Notes under the pieces: generated by a model
Told to the model about the DNA's origin: nothing
Databases searched by the model: none
What the model saw: the letters and a program-made list of their open reading frames with translations, nothing else
NCBI RefSeq assembly: GCF_003334305.1
Contig: NZ_QOWS01000044.1
Direction: 5' to 3' (one strand)
Source: Escherichia coli
GTDB lineage: Bacteria > Pseudomonadota > Gammaproteobacteria > Enterobacterales > Enterobacteriaceae
Length of the DNA stretch: 8,189 nt
Position numbers and translations under genes: made by a program
Shown here: positions 1 through 8,189 of the stretch, piece after piece
How positions within the stretch are numbered: position 1 is the stretch's first letter
Layout of the letters: every line of letters starts with the position of its first letter

Positions 1-18
1 GACGGCGCTGTGTCTGGC

Positions 19-77
<59 letters not shown>

Positions 78-112
78 GCCATCTCTGCAATATATTGAAT
101 TTGCGTGCTTTT

Positions 113-147
113 GTAGGCAGGATAAGGCGTTCACGCCGCATCCGGCA
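113..147. repeat. REP (repetitive extragenic palindromic) unit
   Basis: Sequence gtaggcaggataaggcgttcacgccgcatccggca; its reverse complement tgccggatgcggcgtgaacgccttatcctgcctac is the canonical E. coli REP palindrome with about one mismatch. Lies in non-coding DNA. Confidence 0.6.
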
Positions 148-390
148 TGAATAAAGCGCACTCAACAATCTGAAACCCGCCGGAACGGTTTATTACGTAC
201 ATCAGGTGAAACTGACCGATAAGCCGCTTTCTTTTGGGTATAGCGTCGTGGACAGTCATTCATCTTTCTGCCCCTCCAAAAGCAAAAACCCGCCGAAGCG
301 GTTTTTTACGTAAACCAGGTGAAACTGACCGATAAGCCGCTTTCTTTTGGGTATAGCGTCGTGGACAGTCATTCATCTTTCCGCTCCTCC

Positions 391-420
391 AAAAGCAAAA
401 ACCCGCCGAAGCGGGTTTTT
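391..420 (-). terminator. Intrinsic terminator of rnpB
   Basis: On the minus strand, just 3' of the mature rnpB end: stem CCCGC / GCGGG with a UUCG tetraloop (plus-strand 402-415), followed by a U-run (plus-strand A-run 391-401). Confidence 0.75.
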
Positions 421-429
421 ACGTAAATC

Positions 430-806
<377 letters not shown>

Positions 807-813
807 GGCGCGC

Positions 814-842
814 AGTATAGAGGGTTTGCGCGCCCTTGTCAC
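814..842 (-). promoter_or_regulatory. rnpB sigma70 promoter (-35 GTGACA at 837-842, 17-bp spacer, -10 TATACT at 814-819, start near 806)
   Basis: On the minus strand: GTGACA, a 17-nt spacer, TATACT, then 7 nt to the M1 RNA 5' end. The -35 hexamer overlaps the garK stop codon (839-841). Confidence 0.6.
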
Positions 843-1984
843 CCCGCGTTGCGCATTCCAATCGCCAGTGTCGCGGCGATATTACGTGAAGCACGGCAGA
901 TATTGTCATAAGCCCCGCGGAATGCTTCGTCCAACGTACCTATGCTGGTCAATACGCTGAAGACCGCATCGATGCCATGCTGATGTACAACGCCAACATC
1001 ATCGGTCAGGCTACCCGCAATGCCAATCACCGGTTTATGGTACTTCTTCGCCACGTTTGCAACGCCAATCGGTACCTTGCCGTGAATACTCTGGCTGTCA
1101 ATACGCCCTTCACCGGTGATCACCAGCGTACAATCGTGAATATGTTCCTCCAGATTCAGCGCCGTAGTGACGATTTCAATACCACTTTTCAGTTCCGCAC
1201 CAAGAAACGCCATCAGCGCCGCACCCATACCGCCCGCAGCTCCTGCGCCGGGGACATCTTTCACATCAACATGCAGCGCTTTTTTAATGACATCGGCATA
1301 GTGAGAGAGGTTATTGTCCAGCTCAACAATCATCGCTTCACTGGCTCCCTTTTGTGGGCCAAAGATGCGCGATGCGCCGTTATCGCCCACCAGCGGATTG
1401 GTGACATCACAAGCGACGCGAATGACGCAATCTTTTAAGCGCGGATCGAGGCCGGAAATATCAATATCATTCAGAGTATTAAGACTACCGCCGCCAAAAC
1501 CAATTTCATTGCCGTTGGCGTCGCATAATTTCGCCCCCAGCGCCTGTACCATGCCTGCGCCGCCATCATTTGTAGCGCTACCGCCAATGCCGATAATAAT
1601 GTTTGTCGCGCCGCTCTCCAGCGCCTGCAGGATTAACTCGCCTGTGCCGCGTGAAGTGGTCACGAGTGGATCGCGTTTTTCCGCAGGTACCAGCTCCAGC
1701 CCACTGGCCGCCGCCATTTCAATAAACGCGGTTTTGCCATCGCCGGAGATCCCCCAACTGGCATTCACTTTCTCGCCCAGCGGCCCTGTAACCCAGGCGT
1801 GACGTTCAGAACCCTGGGTGGCTGCAATCATCGCTTCCACCGTTCCTTCGCCACCGTCGGCAACCGGAATAGAAACGTACTGTGCATCAGGAAAAATTTC
1901 CCGAAATCCTTTTTCTATCGCCTGCGCAACCTCGCTGGCAGATAAACTTTCTTTATAAGAGTCTGGGGCGATTACGATTTTCAT
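839..1984 (-). CDS. garK: Glycerate kinase (glycerate 2-kinase), 381 aa
   Basis: The ORF track gives 839..2065, but the conserved N-terminus MKIVIAPDSYKESLSA begins at the internal ATG (complement of 1982-1984). That gives 381 aa, the expected size. Glycerate kinase family motifs (GGEGT, GxGGSATNDGG) are present. It is last in the gar operon order. Confidence 0.9.
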   Translation of the reverse strand: MKIVIAPDSYKESLSASEVAQAIEKGFREIFPDAQYVSIPVADGGEGTVEAMIAATQGSERHAWVTGPLGEKVNASWGISGDGKTAFIEMAAASGLELVPAEKRDPLVTTSRGTGELILQALESGATNIIIGIGGSATNDGGAGMVQALGAKLCDANGNEIGFGGGSLNTLNDIDISGLDPRLKDCVIRVACDVTNPLVGDNGASRIFGPQKGASEAMIVELDNNLSHYADVIKKALHVDVKDVPGAGAAGGMGAALMAFLGAELKSGIEIVTTALNLEEHIHDCTLVITGEGRIDSQSIHGKVPIGVANVAKKYHKPVIGIAGSLTDDVGVVHQHGIDAVFSVLTSIGTLDEAFRGAYDNICRASRNIAATLAIGMRNAG

Positions 1985-2080
1985 ACCTATGCCTGTTACC
2001 ACATGACGCCGGAGGGCGTTTCTCTTATTCGGCCTGGATTCCAGGCCCGGATTGCAATACGCCATCCGGGCACGACGTCA

Positions 2081-2965
2081 TTAACGAGTAACTTCGACTT
2101 TCGCCAGTTTTTCGTAGTAGCACGCCAGGGCGCTATGATCCGCCGTTCCTAAACCATCTGCTCGCAGTGCCTGCATCATCTCCATAACCGCAGCTGTGAG
2201 CGGCAGTTGCGCGCCGACGCCGTGGGAAGTATCCAGCGCATTTGCCAGATCCTTAATATGCAGATCAATACGGAAGCCCGGCTTGAAGTTGCGGTCCATC
2301 ACCATCGGCGCTTTGGCATCCAGCACGGTACTGCCCGCCAGTCCACCGCGAATTGCCTGATACACCAGGTCCGGGTTAACGCCCGCTTTGGTTGCCAGCG
2401 TTAGCGCTTCTGACATCGCGGCAATATTCAGCGCCACAATGACCTGATTTGCCAGTTTGGTGACGTTACCTGCACCGATTTCCCCGGTATGCACCACGGA
2501 ACCCGCCATCGCTTTCATCAAATCATAGTATTTGTCGAAAATAGCCTTGTCGCCGCCCACCATCACTGACAGCGTACCGTCGATGGCTTTCGGTTCACCG
2601 CCGCTCACCGGAGCATCCAGCATATCAATGCCTTTCGCTTTCAGCGCTTCGCTGATTTCACGGCTTGCCAGCGGTGCGATAGAACTCATATCGATCAATA
2701 CCGTACCTGGCTTCGCGCCTTCAATGATGCCATTCTCACCCAGCGCCACCTCTTTCACATGAGGGGAGTTTGGCAGCATGGTTATGATGACGTCGCACTG
2801 TTCAGCGATCGCTTTAGCCGTAGACGCTGTTTCTGCACCTGCAGCAATCACGTCAGCAATAGCTTCTGGGTTACGGTCAGCAACCACCAGCGAGTAACCT
2901 GCTTTCAGAAGGTTTTTACTCATTGGTTTACCCATAATCCCCAGGCCAATAAAACCAACTTTCAT
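2081..2965 (-). CDS. garR: Tartronate semialdehyde reductase (2-hydroxy-3-oxopropionate reductase), 294 aa
   Basis: N-terminus MKVGFIGLGIMGKPMSKNL is a Rossmann NAD-binding motif of the 3-hydroxyisobutyrate dehydrogenase family. The ORF track extends to 2980 (MIDMTMKVGF); I chose the MKVGF start to match the known 294-aa protein. Alternative starts are at 2971 and 2980. Confidence 0.88.
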   Translation of the reverse strand: MKVGFIGLGIMGKPMSKNLLKAGYSLVVADRNPEAIADVIAAGAETASTAKAIAEQCDVIITMLPNSPHVKEVALGENGIIEGAKPGTVLIDMSSIAPLASREISEALKAKGIDMLDAPVSGGEPKAIDGTLSVMVGGDKAIFDKYYDLMKAMAGSVVHTGEIGAGNVTKLANQVIVALNIAAMSEALTLATKAGVNPDLVYQAIRGGLAGSTVLDAKAPMVMDRNFKPGFRIDLHIKDLANALDTSHGVGAQLPLTAAVMEMMQALRADGLGTADHSALACYYEKLAKVEVTR

Positions 2966-3000
2966 AGTCATATCAATCATCTCTCTTGTTGCGGTGGTGG

Positions 3001-3771
3001 TTATTTTTTAAAGGTATCAGCCAGTTTCTGAGTGGCAGAGCGGAAGACGCCAAGATCGCTGCCGACAGCCACAAACGTCGCGCCCCATTCCAGATAACGA
3101 CGCGCATCGGCTTCGACCGGCGCGAGAATACCGCTGGGTTTGCCGTGCGCACTGGCACGGTTAAAAATGTGCTGAATTGCTTTTTGTACATCCGGGTGCG
3201 AGGCATTGCCGAGATGGCCTAATGCCGCAGCCAGATCGCTGGGGCCGACGAAGATACCGTCTACACCTTCGGTAGCGGCAATGGCATCGACGTTATCTAC
3301 GCCCTGCTGACTTTCTATCTGGACCAGAATGGTGATGTTCTTGTTCGACTGAGCGAAATAATCCGCCACGGTGCCAAACATATTGGCGCGGTGAGAAACG
3401 GAGACGCCGCGAATGCCTTCCGGTGGGTAACGGGTTGATGCCACCGCCTGCTCTGCTTCCTCTTTTGTTTCTACAAAAGGAATCAGGAAGTTATAGAAAC
3501 CGATATCCAGAAGACGCTTAATAATTACCGGCTCGTTGGTCGGCACTCGCACTACTGGCGCGCTGGCGCTGCCTTTCAGGGCCATTAACTGCGGAATAAA
3601 CGTGGAGATATCGTTTGGCGCATGTTCGCCATCCAGCACCAGCCAGTCAAACCCAGCCAAACCAAGAACTTCAGTGCTAATCGGGTTAGAGAGTGCTGAC
3701 CAGCAACCAATTTGTACCTGTTTCGCAGCCAGTGCGGCTTTGAATTTATTCGGGAAAACATCGTTATTCAT
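3001..3771 (-). CDS. garL: 5-keto-4-deoxy-D-glucarate (2-dehydro-3-deoxyglucarate) aldolase, 256 aa
   Basis: 256-aa ORF starting [24 protein letters not shown], of the HpcH/HpaI aldolase family. AAGG Shine-Dalgarno about 9 nt upstream. Sits 15 bp downstream of the garP stop. Confidence 0.92.
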
Positions 3772-3786
3772 CGCTTATACCTTTGC

Positions 3787-5121
3787 TTATTTCTGCAATT
3801 CCATACGTTTAATGTCGCCAACTACGAAGAGGTAGCAGACCATCGCCATCAGCGCTGAACATCCCACGAAAACCAGTGCTGCATTGAAGGAGTGCAGTTC
3901 ACTTACCAGGTAGCCAATCACCAGTGGAGTGACAATGGAGGCAACATTGCCAAAGACGTTAAAGACGCCGCCACAGAGGCCAACAATCTCTTTCGGCGCG
4001 GTGTCAGAAATCACCGGCCAGCCCAGAGCACCAAATCCTTTGCCAAAAAAAGCCAGCGCCATCAGCATGACCACCAGCGTGGTGTTGTTGGTGTAGTTAC
4101 ATAAGATGATGGTGGAAGCCAGCAACATTCCCAGCACAATCGGTAGCTTACGTGCCAGGGTCAGGGATAAACCGCGTTTGATCAGATAATCCGAGAAGAC
4201 ACCTCCCAGCACGCCGCCCGCAAAACCACACAGTGCCGGAATCGAGGCGACCAGACCCACTTTCAGAATCGACATGCCTTTTTCCTGCACCAGATAAATC
4301 GGGAACCAGGTGAGGAAGAACCAGGTGATGGTGTTGATAAAATATTGTCCGAAAAATACGCCCAACATCATGCGGTTAGAGAGCAATTGCTTGATGTAAT
4401 GCAGTTTGGGACCGCTTGCTGCCGCGCTGCCCGGCTTTTTGTGGTCCATATCGACCACCGCGCCATTTTCAGAGATAAACTTCAGCTCTTCCGCAGACAT
4501 ACGTGGGTGATCTGTCGGGTTATGAATCAATTTGATCCACAGCGCCGTCAGCACAAAACCAATCACCCCCATAACGGTAAAGACGTGCTCCCAGCCCCAG
4601 GCGAAAGTCAGCCAGCCAAGCAGAGGCGAAAAGAGCGCCAGCGAGAAATATTGCGCCGAGTTAAAGATGGCGGAGGCAGTACCACGTTCTTTCGTCGGGA
4701 ACCAGGCGGCGACAATACGGGCGTTCGCCGGGAATGATGGCGCTTCCGAGAAGCCGAGCATAAAGCGCATAAAGAACATGGAGATCCCTGCCCAGGCCAG
4801 CGGGAACATATCAACAAAGCCTTGCAGGAAAGTGAATAGCGACCAGAAAAAGAGGCTATAGGTATAAACTTTTTTCGAGCCAAACTTATCAAGCAGCCAG
4901 CCGCCGGGGATTTGCATCAGCAAGTAGGCCCAGCCAAAAGCAGAAAAGATGTAACCCATCGAAACCGCACTTAACTGCAACTCTTTTGCCACTTCGGTAC
5001 CAGCAATAGACAGCGTTGCACGATCGGCGTAGTTAACGGCGGTAACAATAAAAATAATCAGTAATATTAAATAGCGGGTATGCACGCCTTTCTTTTTTTC
5101 GTCAACGGTGTCCAGAATCAT
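3787..5121 (-). CDS. garP: Galactarate/glucarate/glycerate transporter, MFS superfamily, 444 aa
   Basis: 444-aa ORF, highly hydrophobic with multiple predicted transmembrane helices typical of an MFS anion:cation symporter. GAGG Shine-Dalgarno about 7 nt upstream of the ATG. First gene of the minus-strand operon. Confidence 0.92.
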   Translation of the reverse strand: MILDTVDEKKKGVHTRYLILLIIFIVTAVNYADRATLSIAGTEVAKELQLSAVSMGYIFSAFGWAYLLMQIPGGWLLDKFGSKKVYTYSLFFWSLFTFLQGFVDMFPLAWAGISMFFMRFMLGFSEAPSFPANARIVAAWFPTKERGTASAIFNSAQYFSLALFSPLLGWLTFAWGWEHVFTVMGVIGFVLTALWIKLIHNPTDHPRMSAEELKFISENGAVVDMDHKKPGSAAASGPKLHYIKQLLSNRMMLGVFFGQYFINTITWFFLTWFPIYLVQEKGMSILKVGLVASIPALCGFAGGVLGGVFSDYLIKRGLSLTLARKLPIVLGMLLASTIILCNYTNNTTLVVMLMALAFFGKGFGALGWPVISDTAPKEIVGLCGGVFNVFGNVASIVTPLVIGYLVSELHSFNAALVFVGCSALMAMVCYLFVVGDIKRMELQK

Positions 5122-5495
5122 TTTATTTACCTCGGGTACTTATGCTGATTTTTATTATTATGGAGAAGGTGTTATTTATGAGTTTCATTTATGCCGTAAC
5201 GGCAATGAACTCGGGAATTAGTATAAGCAGCGCGAGAATAATAATCATTGTGCAAATGCTAATTTAATTAATACTATTTAAATATTATTTTGAGCATATG
5301 CACATAAGGTTGCGCGCTAAAGCACAGATTTGCGCTTTACCTTGCCGGGCGGCACTGCAATCCCTGAAATGATTGACATTGATCACATTTCTGCGTTTAA
5401 ACTCCTGACATTCTTATTTCACCCAATGAAGTCATTTATTTTTAAATGAGACCAGGTCCTCATTTTAATAACCCCTGGCTGGAGAATATTGCACA
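5122..5495. promoter_or_regulatory. Divergent garP / garD intergenic control region (AT-rich)
   Basis: 374-bp non-coding spacer between divergent starts. It holds a very AT-rich tract (about 5240-5300), a TTGACA at 5373-5378, and several palindromes. The gar genes are known to be controlled by the CdaR (SdaR) activator, but I cannot place its sites with certainty. Confidence 0.6.
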
Positions 5496-7067
5496 ATGGC
5501 CAACATCGAAATCAGACAAGAAACGCCAACTGCGTTTTATATAAAAGTTCACGACACAGATAATGTGGCAATTATTGTTAATGATAATGGCCTGAAAGCA
5601 GGAACGCGTTTTCCGGATGGGCTGGAATTAATTGAACATATTCCCCAGGGGCATAAAGTCGCATTGCTGGACATTCCGGCTAATGGTGAAATTATTCGTT
5701 ATGGCGAAGTGATTGGTTACGCCGTGCGTGCAATCCCACGCGGAAGCTGGATCGACGAATCAATGGTTGTACTACCGGAAGCGCCGCCGTTACACACGCT
5801 GCCACTGGCAACCAAAGTCCCGGCCCCCTTACCGCCGCTGGAAGGATACACCTTTGAGGGCTATCGCAATGCCGATGGCAGCGTGGGCACCAAAAACCTG
5901 CTCGGCATCACCACCAGCGTCCACTGTGTGGCAGGCGTGGTGGACTATGTAGTAAAAATCATTGAACGCGATCTGCTACCGAAATACCCGAACGTCGATG
6001 GCGTGGTGGGGCTGAATCATTTGTACGGCTGTGGCGTGGCGATTAACGCACCGGCGGCAGTTGTGCCTATTCGTACCATCCACAATATTTCGCTGAACCC
6101 TAACTTTGGCGGCGAAGTAATGGTGATTGGTCTGGGTTGTGAAAAGTTGCAGCCTGAGCGCCTGCTGGTCGGCACGGATGATGTGCAAGCTATTCCAGTA
6201 GAAAGCGCCAGCATTGTCAGTTTGCAGGATGAAAAGCATGTCGGTTTTCAGTCCATGGTCGAGGATATTTTGCAGGTCGCCGAACGCCATCTACAAAAAC
6301 TGAATCAACGTCAGCGAGAAACCTGTCCGGCTTCAGAACTGGTTGTCGGCATGCAGTGCGGTGGCAGCGATGCCTTTTCTGGCGTAACGGCAAACCCGGC
6401 GGTTGGCTATGCGTCTGATCTACTGGTGCGCTGCGGCGCAACGGTGATGTTCTCAGAAGTCACGGAAGTGCGTGACGCGATCCATCTGCTGACACCACGC
6501 GCAGTGAACGAAGAGGTCGGCAAACGGCTGCTGGAGGAGATGGAGTGGTACGATAACTATCTCAATATGGGAAAAACCGACCGCAGCGCCAACCCTTCGC
6601 CGGGCAACAAGAAAGGCGGTCTGGCAAACGTGGTAGAGAAGGCACTCGGCTCCATTGCTAAATCGGGTAAAAGCGCAATTGTTGAAGTGCTGTCGCCCGG
6701 TCAACGCCCGACTAAACGCGGATTAATTTACGCCGCGACGCCAGCCAGCGATTTTGTCTGTGGCACGCAACAGGTGGCTTCGGGTATCACCGTGCAAGTG
6801 TTTACGACCGGTCGTGGTACGCCGTACGGCCTGATGGCGGTACCCGTCATTAAAATGGCGACCCGCACCGAGCTGGCGAACCGCTGGTTTGATTTAATGG
6901 ATATTAACGCGGGCACTATCGCCACCGGCGAAGAAACCATTGAAGAGGTGGGCTGGAAGTTGTTCCACTTTATTCTCGACGTCGCCAGCGGGAAGAAGAA
7001 AACCTTCTCGGATCAATGGGGGCTGCATAACCAGCTGGCAGTGTTTAACCCGGCACCGGTGACCTGA
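5496..7067 (+). CDS. garD: Galactarate dehydratase, 523 aa
   Basis: 523-aa ORF starting [26 protein letters not shown], with an SAF-like N-terminal domain and altronate/galactarate dehydratase family body. GGAGA Shine-Dalgarno at 5480-5484. Confidence 0.93.
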   Translation: MANIEIRQETPTAFYIKVHDTDNVAIIVNDNGLKAGTRFPDGLELIEHIPQGHKVALLDIPANGEIIRYGEVIGYAVRAIPRGSWIDESMVVLPEAPPLHTLPLATKVPAPLPPLEGYTFEGYRNADGSVGTKNLLGITTSVHCVAGVVDYVVKIIERDLLPKYPNVDGVVGLNHLYGCGVAINAPAAVVPIRTIHNISLNPNFGGEVMVIGLGCEKLQPERLLVGTDDVQAIPVESASIVSLQDEKHVGFQSMVEDILQVAERHLQKLNQRQRETCPASELVVGMQCGGSDAFSGVTANPAVGYASDLLVRCGATVMFSEVTEVRDAIHLLTPRAVNEEVGKRLLEEMEWYDNYLNMGKTDRSANPSPGNKKGGLANVVEKALGSIAKSGKSAIVEVLSPGQRPTKRGLIYAATPASDFVCGTQQVASGITVQVFTTGRGTPYGLMAVPVIKMATRTELANRWFDLMDINAGTIATGEETIEEVGWKLFHFILDVASGKKKTFSDQWGLHNQLAVFNPAPVT

Positions 7068-7090
7068 TTTCTTTTGGAACGTCCCTCGCA

Positions 7091-7117
7091 AAACATGGCC
7101 TTAGTGCCATGTTTTTA
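7091..7117 (+). terminator. Intrinsic terminator downstream of garD
   Basis: aaacatggc (7091-7099), loop cttagt, gccatgttt (7106-7114): a perfect 9-bp stem followed by a T-run, 24 nt after the garD stop. Confidence 0.7.
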
Positions 7118-7151
7118 TTGTTTAAAGCCCCCACGTCCATTAATAATGCAT

Positions 7152-7179
7152 TTGCATTACCTTAGTTCAAGCTTATAAT
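7152..7179 (+). promoter_or_regulatory. Putative prlF-yhaV promoter (-35 TTGCAT, 16-bp spacer, -10 TATAAT)
   Basis: Consensus TATAAT at 7174-7179 and TTGCAT at 7152-7157. Overlaps the palindrome aatgcatt (7145-7152) and the tgcatt direct repeat. Shine-Dalgarno AAGGA at 7202-7206. Confidence 0.5.
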
Positions 7180-7215
7180 TTGAGCAGAAAACAGGCTGTA
7201 AAAGGACAGTGAATC

Positions 7216-7551
7216 ATGCCCGCTAATGCTCGCTCTCACGCTGTACTGACCACTGAATCAAAGGTCACGATACGCGGACAAACAACTATCCCCGCGCCAG
7301 TGCGTGAGGCCTTAAAACTGAAGCCAGGCCAGGACAGCATTCATTACGAAATTCTGCCTGGTGGGCAAGTCTTTATGTGCCGACTGGGAGATGAACAGGA
7401 GGATCATACTATGAATGCATTTTTGCGTTTTCTGGATGCAGATATCCAGAACAACCCGCAAAAAACTCGTCCATTCAACATTCAACAAGGAAAGAAACTT
7501 GTCGCTGGCATGGACGTCAACATTGATGATGAGATTGGCGACGACGAATAA
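7216..7551 (+). CDS. prlF: Type II antitoxin PrlF (SohA), AbrB/SpoVT-like DNA-binding fold, 111 aa
   Basis: 111-aa ORF starting MPANARSHAVLTTESKVTIRGQTTIPAPVREALKL (swapped-hairpin AbrB-type N-terminus) with an acidic C-terminal tail DDEIGDDE. Its stop overlaps the start of the downstream toxin gene (TAATG). Confidence 0.9.
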   Translation: MPANARSHAVLTTESKVTIRGQTTIPAPVREALKLKPGQDSIHYEILPGGQVFMCRLGDEQEDHTMNAFLRFLDADIQNNPQKTRPFNIQQGKKLVAGMDVNIDDEIGDDE

Positions 7552-8015
7552 TGGATTTTCCACAAAGGGTTAATGGTTGGGCGCTATATGCTCATCCCTG
7601 TTTTCAGGAAACCTACGACGCTTTAGTTGCCGAAGTCGAGACATTAAAGGGAAAAGATCCTGAAAATTATCAGAGAAAAGCCGCCACAAAGTTATTGGCG
7701 GTAGTCCATAAAGTGATTGAGGAGCATATCACGGTCAATCCATCATCACCGGCATTCCGTCATGGCAAGTCGTTAGGCTCTGGGAAAAATAAAGACTGGT
7801 CACGGGTAAAATTTGGTGCTGGTCGTTATCGTCTCTTCTTTCGTTATAGTGAAAAAGAGAAAGTCATCATTCTGGGATGGATGAACGATGAAAACACTCT
7901 GCGCACCTACGGTAAAAAAACAGATGCCTATACCGTATTCAGCAAAATGTTAAAAAGAGGACATCCTCCTGCCGACTGGGAAAGCCTCACCCAAGAGACA
8001 GAAGAAAACCATTGA
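7551..8015 (+). CDS. yhaV: Type II toxin YhaV, RelE/ParE-superfamily ribonuclease, 154 aa
   Basis: 154-aa ORF starting MDFPQRVNGWALYAHPCFQETYDALV, translationally coupled to prlF by a 1-nt overlap. Matches the E. coli YhaV toxin as I recall it. Confidence 0.9.
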   Translation: MDFPQRVNGWALYAHPCFQETYDALVAEVETLKGKDPENYQRKAATKLLAVVHKVIEEHITVNPSSPAFRHGKSLGSGKNKDWSRVKFGAGRYRLFFRYSEKEKVIILGWMNDENTLRTYGKKTDAYTVFSKMLKRGHPPADWESLTQETEENH

Positions 8016-8069
8016 TGGTGTTCACAATGCCCGCCGAACGTATTCGTGTTGACCAGCGGGCACCCTTTC

Positions 8070-8189
8070 TCACTCCCCGACCAGAATCACTTCAACCCCA
8101 GCCTTTCGCAGTCCTTCCAGACTATCCGCAGGAATGCCTTCATCAACAATGATCATGTCGATACGTTGAGTATCAATGATCTTATGTAA
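8070..8189 (-). CDS. agaR: 3' end (C-terminal 39 codons plus stop) of a DeoR-family transcriptional repressor; partial, continues beyond the window
   Basis: Minus-strand frame reads ...[39 protein letters not shown] then stop (complement of 8070-8072). This resembles a DeoR-type sugar-binding domain C-terminus. Convergent with yhaV, as agaR is in E. coli K-12. The symbol is assigned from genomic context. Confidence 0.5.

Noticed and set aside
977-1802. Plus-strand ORFs 977..1438 and 1314..1802
   Set aside because: Antisense to garK, with no Shine-Dalgarno context and a skewed low-complexity composition. These are shadow ORFs of a highly expressed-type coding region.
1985-2065. 5' extension of the garK ORF (MAYCNPGLESRPNKRNALRRHVVTGIG before MKIVIAPD)
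   Set aside because: The conserved glycerate kinase N-terminus starts at the internal Met, which gives the expected 381 aa. The extension runs through the structured intergenic spacer and has no conserved features.
2207-3222. Short ORFs on both strands within and between garR and garL (2207..2404, 2532..2762, 2759..3031, 2973..3206, 2986..3222)
   Set aside because: All overlap the well-supported garR or garL frames and have no independent support.
3536-4892. ORFs overlapping garL and garP (3536..3835, 3892..4104, 4345..4737, 4532..4861, 4608..4892)
   Set aside because: They lie inside the garL or garP coding sequences and their translations are Arg/Gln/His-rich, characteristic of wrong-frame reads rather than real proteins.
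5713-7091. Plus- and minus-strand ORFs overlapping garD (5713..5952, 5976..6290, 6017..6214, 6217..6441, 6453..6704, 6728..6940, 6894..7091)
   Set aside because: All are embedded in or antisense to the 523-aa garD frame. No start-site signals or conserved motifs.
7312-7563. Minus-strand ORF of 83 aa antisense to prlF
   Set aside because: Completely overlapped by prlF and the prlF/yhaV junction. No ribosome-binding site. Most likely a shadow ORF.
8029-8061. Possible bidirectional terminator between convergent yhaV and the DeoR-family gene (gcccgc ... gcgggc)
   Set aside because: The 6-bp arms are separated by a 21-nt loop and neither strand has a convincing U-run after the stem. Not strong enough to call an intrinsic terminator.

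Overview
This window is a well-characterised Escherichia coli-type chromosomal locus, and I do not see a previously undescribed system in it. In order it holds: a REP element and three ~113-bp tandem repeats; the RNase P RNA gene rnpB (minus strand, 430..806); the glucarate/galactarate catabolic operon garP-garL-garR-garK (minus strand); a divergent AT-rich control region; garD (plus strand); the type II toxin-antitoxin pair prlF-yhaV (plus strand); and the convergent 3' end of a DeoR-family repressor, probably agaR. All gene identifications rest on my recognition of the sequences and gene order, not on a database search. I found no CRISPR array, IS element, integrase or transposase. The findings are mostly regulatory or structural details; the candidate operators and the small ORF are inferences that need experiment.
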